From the IMG/VR virus record IMGVR_UViG_3300009432_001268, positions 12,192-76,191 of that record: DNA of 64,000 bases, one strand, 5' to 3'. The notes beneath the pieces are model-generated. The model searched no databases. It saw nothing but the letters and a program-made list of their open reading frames with translations, and was not told the DNA's origin. How positions within the stretch are numbered: the first letter of the stretch is position 1; each line of letters starts with the position of its first letter. Shown here in pieces: positions 47,701 to 56,880 of this stretch. The position numbers and the translations under genes are program-made. This stretch comes from a virus.

Positions 47701-50700
47701 TATCGGCCGCCGTAAAACCGCCGAATCCACCACTCCTACCTTTCGCCTCACCGGAAGGAGAAAGTCTAGCTTCGGTGAACTTTGTAGCGTCAAAGTCTTT
47801 TGTTTTACCCGTAAACAACGCCGCCATTTCTTTCTGTGCTTGGACTTTAGTCATTTTAGCCTGAAGCTCCGTTAAAGCCTTCGAGCTAGGAACGCCCTTA
47901 GAAAACATCTTTCCTGCGGTAGGAATATTTGTTTCTATTTCTTTTACAAGATGTTTGAATATGGGTTGCTCGCTGCCTTTTAACTCGACCAACATGGCTT
48001 CTCGCTGCTGGTCTATCTTGGCTAAAGCCTCGATCCTTTTCTTAGGCGTCATCGAATCAAAATTCTTTAGTTCCTCTAGTCCGCTCACCAACTGATTAAT
48101 ATTTTCATTTACGACAGTAACGGTTTTCCCCAAATCCTCCAAGAATTTATCGGTTCCATCATCCATCAGGGTCATTATGTCGCTGAAAGAAGCGGCCAGT
48201 CCAATAGCCGCTCCTATAGCGGCTCCCGGCACCGCACCTATCCCGCCAGCAGGAGCACCCATACTCGCTCCCATTCCAGCAAACATTCCTACGTTAGCCA
48301 AAACCCCTACCCCCGCTCCAACTTTAGCATTATCACTTTGAGCAGCCGCTCCTGTCACGGCAGAATAAGCCATAAAACCACCCATTCCAACGGCAGTTCC
48401 GTGCTTCTCCATGAAGTCAGCCATTCTTGATGTAGACTCGGCTGTTGAAGCTGTTGCTTTAGCGGTATCAGTTGCAAGTCTGGACTGCTTCGCCCCTGCT
48501 GATGGAAATTTCTTTCGAAAAGCGTAATTAGGTACAACCCCTTGAGCAGCTCCATGCGTTTGGGGATTTATGCCCATAGATTTGGACCGGCTAATACCCT
48601 GACTTAAACCACCGGGTTCATGTATAGTATTATAAACCCCAACGCCCCCGGGATTGCCCGCCGACTTCAAGGCCCCATTGTTGCCGACTCTTATAGCCGA
48701 AGCAGGAACTCCAGCCTGCATTTCTCTGCTTACGGCGGAAGTTAAAGGCGAAAAGTTTGGAACAAAACCCATAGCTTTTCCTTTGCCAGTAAACTGACCC
48801 ATTTTACCCATATATAATTGAGTCAGTAACCTTTCCCCGACCTTACTCGTTCCCGGATCATTGAAGTACTTCTTCGGCATTTCTCCACCTTGGGCAGATT
48901 TCAACCTCCGTTTAGCATCGATACGAGTGATCGGCACTCCAAAAATCTTAGCCATAGCATCGCTTGGCTTAGCTCCAGATTCGAAATCAAATGCTGCACC
49001 GGGAATGGCTTGAGCAGCTTTCATTGACATTCTCATTGCTTCTTCGAAAATGCCGCCTTCAATACCGGCTTCTAATCTCCCCATTTTACCGGGCATCCCT
49101 TCTATGCCCATTTTTTTCATCATGGTGGCGGAAAGGCTATTCATCCCCTTACTAAGATTAGCATCTATATCCCCAGCGAACAACTGTTCTGCAGTAGCTT
49201 CTGAACTTGGAGACTGAAAGCTTTTAGCTCTTATCCCGCGTAAAACAATTGTGGCGTTATCTTTAGCAAGTTGTTTTCCTATTTTACTTTTTCTCAAACC
49301 TACCAAACTGGAAGCTTGTGCTGAAGCGTTAAAACTTTTAGTGCCTCTTTCGTCATAACCCAATAAAACCCCTATATCATTAGCAGGTAGGGTATATGTT
49401 GCTTCCTTTCCCCCTATTCCTGCTTTTTTATTTCTTGTAGCCCAAGGACTAGAAGCTCCTTTCTTAAATGCGAAATTTGGGACAAATCCGCTAGCGGCAT
49501 AAGGATCAAAACCATGCGCAGCACCAAAAGCTGATTGGTATCCAGCACCCGCGGAACTTCCTTGGGGAGGCATAATAGCAGACTGACTCATGCCGGGGAA
49601 ACGTTTAACAGTTTCAGCCGAATTATACATCATGGTTCCAGCTCCGGGTTGATTCATCGTCCTTATTGCCCCTGCCTGATAACCCCCAGCCGCCGCAGCC
49701 GCCCTCTCTGATCCAGCATTTGCGAAGTTAGGAATGAAACCCGACGCGCTTCCGGGACCACCTTTCATAAAAGCTCCCCCACTTTGTCCTACGCGAGCCC
49801 CTCTAGCGTAAAGAGCACGGCCAATCGGGGCAGCGGTAAGAGCCATAGACCTCCTTTCAGCAGCCTGTAGTCTTATAGTGCTAAGTATTTTCTTTTCGTA
49901 CGTATAGACATCAAATGTTCCCGATTTAATTTGAGCTAGTATACCGGGCTCTTGCGCCATGGTTAACACCACAGCTTCTTCTAAAGCAGCCCTTTGTTTT
50001 GTGGCGTTATTAATGCCAAGGACATCTTTTAATGCGCTGGTAGCGAACTTACCTAAGCTGATAGCCAGTTTACCAAATATAGCAACCGCGAACACCAAAC
50101 CGGGACCGGAAATAAATTTACCTATGCCATCCATTAAACCCTTACCTATTGTTTTTCCGAAGCCCTCCATGGCACCATCTTTACCAAACGATTCTATCGT
50201 GGTGTTAACCACCCCAAGTATATTCTCTATCGCAGGACCAAGGGCCCCTCCTCCCAAAGATGCTCCAGCTTGAGTGAGATTCGCAAGAGTACGGTTAACT
50301 AACGCGTCTAAGCTCTGATTTAATTGCTCATTTCTTTTGTAAGCTTCGTTAGTGGCTGAATTAGCAGTATCCAAGGCTCTTTTATAATTGGAGGTTTGGG
50401 AAGACAGATCTGACATCGCAGCTTTCAAAATGTTTATCTGGAAAACACCAGCCACACTTTCCCCGACAGAGGCCTGTTGGGATTTAGTCAAGGTGCCGAA
50501 CTTTTTAGATAAGTTCTCCATGACCTGAATACCACTAAGCATCTTACCGCTCATGTCTTCTGTCGCAACGCCGAAACCTTTCAGTTTTGATTGAACATCA
50601 CTACGTTGAATACGGGTAAAGATGGTTTTGAACGCGTTACCAATGACAGCACCGCCTCGAGCTGTTTTTTGCTGCACGGCAGTTGTTATAGCCATCAACT

Positions 50701-51415
50701 CGTTCAGGTTAACCCCAGCATCCACCGCCGAAGAACCAACACGAGAAATTGATTTCGCTAAATCCTCTGAACTAACAGCAAAAGCCGCATCAACCTTGGC
50801 CATCCTGTTAATGACTTGAGCTGAAGTAACTCCTTCCTTATTAAAGGAGTTTACCGCTGCGGTAAGAGACTTGACTGCGTCCGCCGCGTTCATTCCCGTT
50901 AAACGCGTAAGGATAAGAGCATCCTTTGTTCGCATTAGAGTTTTTTCCATCCCCAAGCCTTGACGAGCTAATTCCGTAGCTGCCTCGGCCACGACATCGA
51001 ACCCTTGAGCCGTTTCTCTTGATACCTTGAACATCCCTTGTCCAAACTTTGCAAGGTTTTTGGTCGAAGCATTCATGACGACGTTAACGTCTGCCATCGC
51101 TTTTTCTACTTTTATTGCCGAAGACACCATCGCCTTCAAGGCGCGGTCAACCACCATTATTAATCCAGCGGATGCACCAAAAGCTATAACACGGGCATTT
51201 GAAGCTTCTAGGGATTTATTAAACTCATCAGCTTTTACTGTAGCTTTGGAAAGACCCGAGCCAAGAGCTCGAACCTTGTCTCCCCCTCCTCCCCCTCCGA
51301 AAGCCTTCCCCATGGTTTTACCCATGTCCCCCAACTTACGATTAATCTTTGCGATTTCTCGTTCGGCTTGCTTAGTAGCAAGCATAAGATCGACCGTTAT
51401 TTTATCCCTAGCCAT
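44753..51415 (-). CDS. Tail tape measure protein (TP901-type core)
   Basis: 2220 aa Ala/Gly-rich helical protein; ELARQG, VDAAFAVSSEDL, IGNAFKTIFTR, DDVPTM..GEFVI, QQRPGGLL. Confidence 0.93.
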   Translation of the reverse strand: MARDKITVDLMLATKQAEREIAKINRKLGDMGKTMGKAFGGGGGGDKVRALGSGLSKATVKADEFNKSLEASNARVIAFGASAGLIMVVDRALKAMVSSAIKVEKAMADVNVVMNASTKNLAKFGQGMFKVSRETAQGFDVVAEAATELARQGLGMEKTLMRTKDALILTRLTGMNAADAVKSLTAAVNSFNKEGVTSAQVINRMAKVDAAFAVSSEDLAKSISRVGSSAVDAGVNLNELMAITTAVQQKTARGGAVIGNAFKTIFTRIQRSDVQSKLKGFGVATEDMSGKMLSGIQVMENLSKKFGTLTKSQQASVGESVAGVFQINILKAAMSDLSSQTSNYKRALDTANSATNEAYKRNEQLNQSLDALVNRTLANLTQAGASLGGGALGPAIENILGVVNTTIESFGKDGAMEGFGKTIGKGLMDGIGKFISGPGLVFAVAIFGKLAISLGKFATSALKDVLGINNATKQRAALEEAVVLTMAQEPGILAQIKSGTFDVYTYEKKILSTIRLQAAERRSMALTAAPIGRALYARGARVGQSGGAFMKGGPGSASGFIPNFANAGSERAAAAAGGYQAGAIRTMNQPGAGTMMYNSAETVKRFPGMSQSAIMPPQGSSAGAGYQSAFGAAHGFDPYAASGFVPNFAFKKGASSPWATRNKKAGIGGKEATYTLPANDIGVLLGYDERGTKSFNASAQASSLVGLRKSKIGKQLAKDNATIVLRGIRAKSFQSPSSEATAEQLFAGDIDANLSKGMNSLSATMMKKMGIEGMPGKMGRLEAGIEGGIFEEAMRMSMKAAQAIPGAAFDFESGAKPSDAMAKIFGVPITRIDAKRRLKSAQGGEMPKKYFNDPGTSKVGERLLTQLYMGKMGQFTGKGKAMGFVPNFSPLTSAVSREMQAGVPASAIRVGNNGALKSAGNPGGVGVYNTIHEPGGLSQGISRSKSMGINPQTHGAAQGVVPNYAFRKKFPSAGAKQSRLATDTAKATASTAESTSRMADFMEKHGTAVGMGGFMAYSAVTGAAAQSDNAKVGAGVGVLANVGMFAGMGASMGAPAGGIGAVPGAAIGAAIGLAASFSDIMTLMDDGTDKFLEDLGKTVTVVNENINQLVSGLEELKNFDSMTPKKRIEALAKIDQQREAMLVELKGSEQPIFKHLVKEIETNIPTAGKMFSKGVPSSKALTELQAKMTKVQAQKEMAALFTGKTKDFDATKFTEARLSPSGEAKGRSGGFGGFTAADMMSVVKDDPKTRDAAQTFTRGLIDPTIMADVLTKTTTQVRGKYLQKMTGVERVRLIQQLPDNEKAMAMSGLLQDSGYAPLGKAFGEKFGPGGEGTTDAQNKGREFVMRNQFEGAGSLNPDLLESYEKAVIGPQEDPLEAKRKLRLSQEGSFRGSQRAAAEGRASAARLTTGMGDLTRRGASENLENRLAQTMIGATEFGKELIKSKALLEQDRILKEKGLAIDKVNLQQKEALVLLTAKAEKTFMDNLIKADDIGTPEREGIKARLKAVQDDPRLAQKTRTDLETSDNISAQDKLLLAYLKTSIDGEADARSKSGIKITEANAAQKANTENLTKSTKSLNDLYNAAQQFQYRKRAGILINAAETAANVPAGLRAMQQGRAPGYAGQRFGVTEQEIASAKQDARMKAFRAGTGTLNPAASFGESFAYGENDALLEFDSGVKDVAKNMKSSFADAFQSMASGANSVEGALANMAQSILNSISSISANMFSNMMFSKMFSQGGAVPGYAAGGVVTGGSGYKDDVPTMMQGGEFVIKKSSAQKIGYGKLNAINGYAEGGPAKGGGPSMGTMGMVAMGASALSGVIGSAMQPGAPKPLPSRDYGLGRGKHGFFGGADPDAGQGDMVTGGGGRAGVSLGKGFSYYRRDPETGRLISERSRPTEGRFEVSSGLSLMGRLGEDDPQTGRMFGKEQSMAKYQDYLATETASRKAQIDAVKKQKKQRLVGAYMNAAMMIGGAKLFGPKAPGPDVAGPGGQTYSSFEGSGGQAYGLKDMGFGNKGYGTGTGSSLMSGTWNSNYNNSVISTPGSADMLRGMGAGIGADSGYNRPVSLDHVIHKGPPGGALGGYQHYANGGSASGSPAMVMGGEYIMSPETVRTHGANFMHELNRGNVPSYASGGPVGGASAGNQGPHSETSIGGNTTNNVKISVNIDKTGKADASADTGSGGGGEREENEQANQSKEFGKILQGVVLDEIVKQQRPGGLLQANS

Positions 51416-51442
51416 ATTCCTAAGGATAATTACACTATTTTC

Positions 51443-52441
51443 TTAAGATACTCCGTGGATTTTCATCATGTCTTCCATATTAAGCCTACCGCCCTTCTCA
51501 GCGGCTTTTTTAGCGAGATTAATAGTCTCATTAGGGTCATCCAAACCAAGACGTTTAAGGTCTTGCTTTGTTGCTCCTACAAGAGACTGGGCACCGCCTT
51601 CTTGTCCAGCCACTTTGGACTTGTCAAGGGTTTCTTTGGCGCTTTTAGAAGATTCAAACCACTCTACCATCTTTTCCGGATCACCCGATATTTCATCGGG
51701 AGGTTTGTTGTCTGAATTTTCAATCAAACTCTTGTAATATCTCCCATAACCGAAGAGCTCTATCTGATAAAAGCTTAATTGAACCAAAGGCTTCCCAAAG
51801 AAAGAGTAGGCATTGTTTTCACAAAGATAAAAAAGATTAGTAAAAAAACCAGATAGAGAAAGTCTCTTTAAACTATCCGAGTTAAATTTTTTAGTGCTTT
51901 TGTTATAAGCCCCTATCAAATCTACCAGCTTCCCTTCCTCAAGTTCTTCAAACTCCTCATCATTGAAAAGTTTTTCCCCGCTTTCCTTAAGGAGAGCTTT
52001 TTGCATATAGTGTTCATTGATTCTCCTAGAGGCATATGCCTCAGCGCAAAAACCAATCATCTCTTCTTTCTTTAGGCTGAGGGTAGACAGTTCCCCTTGA
52101 CTTTTTTTTAAGTCGTTATTTATCTGGTCGATATGGGCCTGAAGAAAAACCTTGGATCTGGAGTTTTTTAAACCCGCTATAAGACTTTTAAGGTTTAGTA
52201 CCTCCTTGTTCTCTTTCTCAGTCCAGATGTTCTCCTCTAGTAAGTGGTCAATACGCTCTTTCCTTGTGGGAAGGCCTTGGGATACCGCTTTCTCATAAAA
52301 GAATCTATTCTTAATATCTAATTCGGCCGAGTCGAAATTATTGAAGTGCTTTATTCTTAAATTACCAAAAGGAGCAAGGTTTACGAGTGTATAACCCCGC
52401 AAAATCTCCGAAAAAACAATCTTTAAATTTCCATCTTCCAT
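51443..52441 (-). CDS. Putative tail assembly chaperone
   Basis: Helical charged protein directly upstream of the tape measure gene (positional call). Confidence 0.5.
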   Translation of the reverse strand: MEDGNLKIVFSEILRGYTLVNLAPFGNLRIKHFNNFDSAELDIKNRFFYEKAVSQGLPTRKERIDHLLEENIWTEKENKEVLNLKSLIAGLKNSRSKVFLQAHIDQINNDLKKSQGELSTLSLKKEEMIGFCAEAYASRRINEHYMQKALLKESGEKLFNDEEFEELEEGKLVDLIGAYNKSTKKFNSDSLKRLSLSGFFTNLFYLCENNAYSFFGKPLVQLSFYQIELFGYGRYYKSLIENSDNKPPDEISGDPEKMVEWFESSKSAKETLDKSKVAGQEGGAQSLVGATKQDLKRLGLDDPNETINLAKKAAEKGGRLNMEDMMKIHGVS

Positions 52442-52483
52442 TAGATCTTAGCCTCTACCCGATCCATGGAAACACCGAAGAGT

Positions 52484-53287
52484 TTACTCAACTCTTTTTT
52501 TTTTTGTTTCTTCTTTTTTCTTTTCCTCGGGTTCCGCTTCCTCCTCATCGAGCTTCAAAGCCAAGTCAATCATCTCCTGAAACTCCTTCTGAGAGTTGGG
52601 ACGACCCACAAACCAAAAACTGACATAATAAGCGAACTTCCGAGCCACAACGATGTCGAAAAAGGCCTCTCCTTCATCAATTTCGTCGTAACGTTCAATT
52701 TTCTTATCAAAATCTCCCTCTCCGAAGAATTCATCTTCCTTTTCTCCCTCTTCGGTGTGAGCCAGATGAAGCATCCACCAGAGGATCACCTTGTTCCTAG
52801 CGCGACTTTCGGCTGTTTCCTCGTAGAGACTATCCTCCACCAATTGCAAGTCCCTGAGCGCCCTCCTAGTGGGCTTAATTTCACTATCCAGCTCCTTAAG
52901 TCTCTTCTTTTGAGCGGGAGTCCTCTTTCTTTCGTCAATATCCAAAATTTTGGACTGTTCCTTGTGAAAACCCTGCAGTTTTGTGATTATCTCCTTATAT
53001 TGATCGTTTTCGTCATCACTTCTGGTCCCGCCATCGTTTTCGAACCTTTTTTCGAGCAAAGCGCGCGTTAAAAGTCCCGCTTTTATCCCTTCAGCAAGCC
53101 TTACCCCGTAATACAACTCAGCTTCATCAGTCATTGCTCGAGTAGGGCGACGCAGAAAGAACTTATATGGGACCTCTTTCTTTACGTCTTTTGCCGTAGT
53201 GACCTCTGTCCCGTCTTTTTTCTTCTCAACGGATTCTTCTTTGACCGTCTCTTCTTTGTTTACTGTAAACTCGTATATGCGCTTCAT
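52484..53287 (-). CDS. Putative tail assembly chaperone
   Basis: Acidic coiled-coil protein between the tail tube and tape measure genes (positional call). Confidence 0.5.
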   Translation of the reverse strand: MKRIYEFTVNKEETVKEESVEKKKDGTEVTTAKDVKKEVPYKFFLRRPTRAMTDEAELYYGVRLAEGIKAGLLTRALLEKRFENDGGTRSDDENDQYKEIITKLQGFHKEQSKILDIDERKRTPAQKKRLKELDSEIKPTRRALRDLQLVEDSLYEETAESRARNKVILWWMLHLAHTEEGEKEDEFFGEGDFDKKIERYDEIDEGEAFFDIVVARKFAYYVSFWFVGRPNSQKEFQEMIDLALKLDEEEAEPEEKKKEETKKKRVE

Positions 53288-53538
53288 TTTGGTTTATTAT
53301 CGTTATATTCTATGAATTTGTCAAAGTATTCTTCCAGTTCCCGAATAGTATCATTGCCTAAATCGAGAATTCTCTTGCGAATTCTTTGGTGGGTTTCTTC
53401 TGGGATTTTTACTCCGTTAACTTGGAGGTCTTCGAGTATGAAGAAAAATTGTTTATAAAGGTTCGTTATCTTTCGCCGAGTTTGAAACGCGAAAAAATTA
53501 TTGATAATATCCCTATCTGGGCCTTGTTCCTTTGACAT
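53284..53538 (-). CDS. Hypothetical protein
   Basis: 84 aa; RKRILDLGNDTIR; ATGA overlap. Confidence 0.65.
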   Translation of the reverse strand: MSKEQGPDRDIINNFFAFQTRRKITNLYKQFFFILEDLQVNGVKIPEETHQRIRKRILDLGNDTIRELEEYFDKFIEYNDNKPK

Positions 53539-53579
53539 ACCTTTTACCTTATATCTTATGTGTAATTACACTAAATTAC

Positions 53580-53607
53580 AAAAAAATGGCCCCGAATAGG
53601 GGCCATT
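53580..53607 (-). terminator. Intrinsic terminator after the major tail gene
   Basis: Minus strand AATGGCCCC-TATTC-GGGGCCA-TTTTTTT. Confidence 0.85.
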
Positions 53608-53628
53608 GTAAATAATTTTTATTATATC

Positions 53629-54918
53629 TTAGCCATCAATGTGTCCAGTATAACCACTCATAAAGAGCCCGAGTCCTGATTGCTCTGGGCCTCCAATCTG
53701 AGAACTAAAGCTAAGAGAAACTGATTGATTGTCTCCCATGCCCATACTAAACGATTGACTGTCAAGCTTTACTCCCTTGAGTATATAGTTTGCTGCGGCA
53801 TTGGCTCCTGCAGTCGCTCCACATTCTGGACTATTCAACTGAATTCGAGCATCGAACAAGCCATCACAATCAATAATCTCAGCTAAAGAACCGGTTGTTA
53901 AATCGGATACAACAGCGTCTACCCCCATACTGACAGTAATCGGAAAATCAATTAGCCTTGCGTAAGCAAATTTAGTTCCCAACTGCTCGATGGGACTCCG
54001 ACTCAAATCAAAGCTAATATTAAAACTTTGAATATGTGCATCTGCAATGTCTGCGCCAGCATAGTCGGGGTTCGTCATGTCTGTCGCCGTAGCTGCGGTG
54101 CCAATCCCATCATCGGTTTGTTGGGCCAAGAACAACCTTATATCTCCCGGACGTAAAACGCTAATTTCCCCAGCAGCTCTTTCGGCGGCATCTGTTCCGC
54201 CAGCATTACCAGTTGGTATTGGAAGAGCCACGTTTGCGGATGTTGCAGTGGCGTTTGCTTTTGTAGTTGCTTCGGGGAAAACGCGCTGTCCGTCAATTGG
54301 ATCAATAACAGGATTAATTCCCGATATATATTGAGTAGTGCCCGCGGCTCCTGTAGCGCCTACCGACGTGACCTCATGGAAGCCCATATTCATGCCCTCA
54401 GCCGCAACAGAAACAGTCGGGAAACCTCCCACAGAACCTTCGACAGAATAAGAAGTTAATCCGGCATTGCCTATACCGATAATACTTTCGTATTGGCCGG
54501 TGTCGGTAACCTGTAGTGTTGCATCAGCGTCTTTTCCTTCTTTAGCATTAAGGATGTAAAAGTTTCGCTGGTAAGCGTCGTTGGTAGAATCAATTAAATT
54601 AGTTATACATGAACGAAATGGGCCATCTACCCCACTAGGAGTAACATAAAAACCTAAACGCCTCTCGTTAGTCATGCTTGCTAACACATAAGACGTATCG
54701 AAAGAAACACTTGGGGATTCTGTTATGATTCTGTCTATAGCGCCTAACTGACCAAATTGATTGACGTCAGTACGACCAACATTAAAACCATAATTAGCAC
54801 TTTGTACGCGCTGTAAATCTTTTACCGCCCCGACGGCGCATTGGTTACCGCTAATCCCTGCGTCTACAGTGGTATAAACCGCCTCACTTTGATAAATTAC
54901 TCTGTTTCTCGTTGCCAT
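53629..54918 (-). CDS. Probable major tail tube protein
   Basis: RNRVIYQSEAVY, LQRVQSANY, VNQFGQL; lies between neck genes and chaperones/TMP; has its own terminator. Confidence 0.72.
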   Translation of the reverse strand: MATRNRVIYQSEAVYTTVDAGISGNQCAVGAVKDLQRVQSANYGFNVGRTDVNQFGQLGAIDRIITESPSVSFDTSYVLASMTNERRLGFYVTPSGVDGPFRSCITNLIDSTNDAYQRNFYILNAKEGKDADATLQVTDTGQYESIIGIGNAGLTSYSVEGSVGGFPTVSVAAEGMNMGFHEVTSVGATGAAGTTQYISGINPVIDPIDGQRVFPEATTKANATATSANVALPIPTGNAGGTDAAERAAGEISVLRPGDIRLFLAQQTDDGIGTAATATDMTNPDYAGADIADAHIQSFNISFDLSRSPIEQLGTKFAYARLIDFPITVSMGVDAVVSDLTTGSLAEIIDCDGLFDARIQLNSPECGATAGANAAANYILKGVKLDSQSFSMGMGDNQSVSLSFSSQIGGPEQSGLGLFMSGYTGHIDG

Positions 54919-54980
54919 TTTAAATCCTTAATTACTTATCTTATTTTACAGTTAATATGGTCGAAAGTGAAATTATTTTC

Positions 54981-55847
54981 CTATTGTCGAGGAAATCTAG
55001 CTTTATTAATCTCAAAATCAATTATAGTAGAGAAAACATTGGGGTTAAATTTTCTAACTTCGTTTTCTAACACTCTGTCAAATCGTGAAACATTAACCTC
55101 CTCGAGAAAGAAATGCTGATTTTCGGTCTTTCCAGCAGTCACCCCTGTATAATTATATTGCGTATCATTTCTGTAATAACCAAAAGAATTAAAAGGCATA
55201 TCCGCTTCTTCAAAAATTGGAACCATAGTTTTTTCCTGATCCCTGAAGAATGAGCCTATGGCATCTATTTCAAATTGGCTATCTGCGATTACTATTGCGC
55301 GCACCTTCATAATGGTGTTGTCCTGTCCACCAAAAGCAAAAGGTTCATTGAAGCTTCCGTCATTTTTTATGTATACTACCGGGTAGGTTTTGGTGCCGGG
55401 CTCAAGACCTGTTGGCACAACAGTTGAAATTTCGTTTCTGTTTGTGTACTGGGTTTGGAAAAGGATTTCATCTTCAGTACTGTTGGTTAAAAACACATTA
55501 AAGTCTTTGATGGAAAAACTTCCAGTAACATTAGAGCTTTGTGCTCCAGACCAATATGAGCGCCCATTGCTATAGTCAATAGCGTAAAGCCCAGTGCTTC
55601 CTCCGTCCCCCACATTAACAAGCGTATTTCCCGCATATAGCCCAGTCGGGATTGTAGCTCCAGTAACGGATGCGTCCGAAACTATTTGAGAATAGGTGCT
55701 CGCATAGGTGTCATACCCGTAATACTCATCAGAGACGCTATAAAATTGACCGGTAGTATTCTGATAAGCCTCCCCCTCGGTTAGCAACTTGTGGTCAAAC
55801 CATAGAAGCATACTTGACATTATTTGGTTATCGAATTGTGGTTTCAT
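54981..55847 (-). CDS. Putative tail terminator/completion protein
   Basis: Position upstream of the tail tube gene; YPVVYI..PFAFGG. Confidence 0.5.
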   Translation of the reverse strand: MKPQFDNQIMSSMLLWFDHKLLTEGEAYQNTTGQFYSVSDEYYGYDTYASTYSQIVSDASVTGATIPTGLYAGNTLVNVGDGGSTGLYAIDYSNGRSYWSGAQSSNVTGSFSIKDFNVFLTNSTEDEILFQTQYTNRNEISTVVPTGLEPGTKTYPVVYIKNDGSFNEPFAFGGQDNTIMKVRAIVIADSQFEIDAIGSFFRDQEKTMVPIFEEADMPFNSFGYYRNDTQYNYTGVTAGKTENQHFFLEEVNVSRFDRVLENEVRKFNPNVFSTIIDFEINKARFPRQ

Positions 55848-56443
55848 ACAAGCTGCTTTCTTAGTTTGTCCAAGATTTCCGTAACGTATGGTGTTGGGCG
55901 GAAGTTAATAAATCCAATATTTCTAGTGGTTTGTAGGGCTACTCCTGACCTGCTATTTTCGGAATCAACGAAAATGGTGTTGGCGGCGTTGGTAATTCCT
56001 TTTTCCACGCCCCTAACCCAACTTCTGCTGCTCCAAATAAGAGTCTTGGTTTCTTTTTCGATATCAACCGATGAAGGTATATCCACAATAAACTCCCATA
56101 TAAATGAAGTTGGGGTCAATTTTTTCAGTTTTCCCTTCGTATTCCTCACTTTAATACTATTTCTAAAAGTATCCCTGATGACCATTACTGGCTGATCCCC
56201 TTCCCTAAAGCCTAAAAACCCAAAAAAATTACCCCGACCACCCAGTAAGCTACTCCCTCCTCCGGAGGAGCCTTTTTCCAGCTCTTGCGTTACCACGTGA
56301 GTATCCAGTTCTTTTAATGCTTCCTTTTGCAGCCTTGCTGCTTTCTTTTTCGCTGCGCCATAGGCTAAATTTTGAAAAACTTTCGAATTAGAAAATGCTT
56401 TTTTCGTTACTTGGGAGATAGTTATTTTGCCTCTGACAGCCAT
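55844..56443 (-). CDS. Putative neck/tail completion protein
   Basis: Basic 199 aa protein with C-terminal RPTPY; positional call. Confidence 0.45.
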   Translation of the reverse strand: MAVRGKITISQVTKKAFSNSKVFQNLAYGAAKKKAARLQKEALKELDTHVVTQELEKGSSGGGSSLLGGRGNFFGFLGFREGDQPVMVIRDTFRNSIKVRNTKGKLKKLTPTSFIWEFIVDIPSSVDIEKETKTLIWSSRSWVRGVEKGITNAANTIFVDSENSRSGVALQTTRNIGFINFRPTPYVTEILDKLRKQLV

Positions 56444-56880
56444 TAGGTGGTTGCCTCCAGATAATATACATAATAGGTTTTTCCCAAGAAGTAACGTGCA
56501 CCTTCAGAACTAACAACATTAAATTGGTTCCCTCCAATCTCTACGGAGAGAGTCCTGCCTTTATTGAGGTAAGCGCTACAGTCTAGCTCCACCTTGATTC
56601 TCACGTCACCTTTTTCTATGTTAGCTTTAAGTTCGTCTTGGTAATCTAGGGGCTGGTTTTCCTTGTAATTAACAATAGCAGTAAAAGCCTTGCTTACCGG
56701 CGTGTAAACTACCGTCTCTTTTGGCGCGCTGTAGCCTGCGTAAATATTTTGCGAAGCGGCCAAAGTTATAGTCTTCTTAGCTTCTTTGTGGACGGTTATC
56801 GCCGCTTTGAACGTATCGAAATGATCTCCTAGAGCCGTTTCAAATATAGCTTTCGCCGTTGCTGGTACCAAAGATGCCAT
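56443..56880 (-). CDS. Putative head closure/stopper protein
   Basis: 145 aa beta-rich protein; positional call. Confidence 0.45.
   Translation of the reverse strand: MASLVPATAKAIFETALGDHFDTFKAAITVHKEAKKTITLAASQNIYAGYSAPKETVVYTPVSKAFTAIVNYKENQPLDYQDELKANIEKGDVRIKVELDCSAYLNKGRTLSVEIGGNQFNVVSSEGARYFLGKTYYVYYLEATT

Noticed and set aside
51443-53287. Classical G/GT programmed frameshift fusing the two chaperone genes
   Set aside because: Both ORFs are in the same frame with an intervening in-frame TAA, and the -1 and +1 frames terminate before joining.
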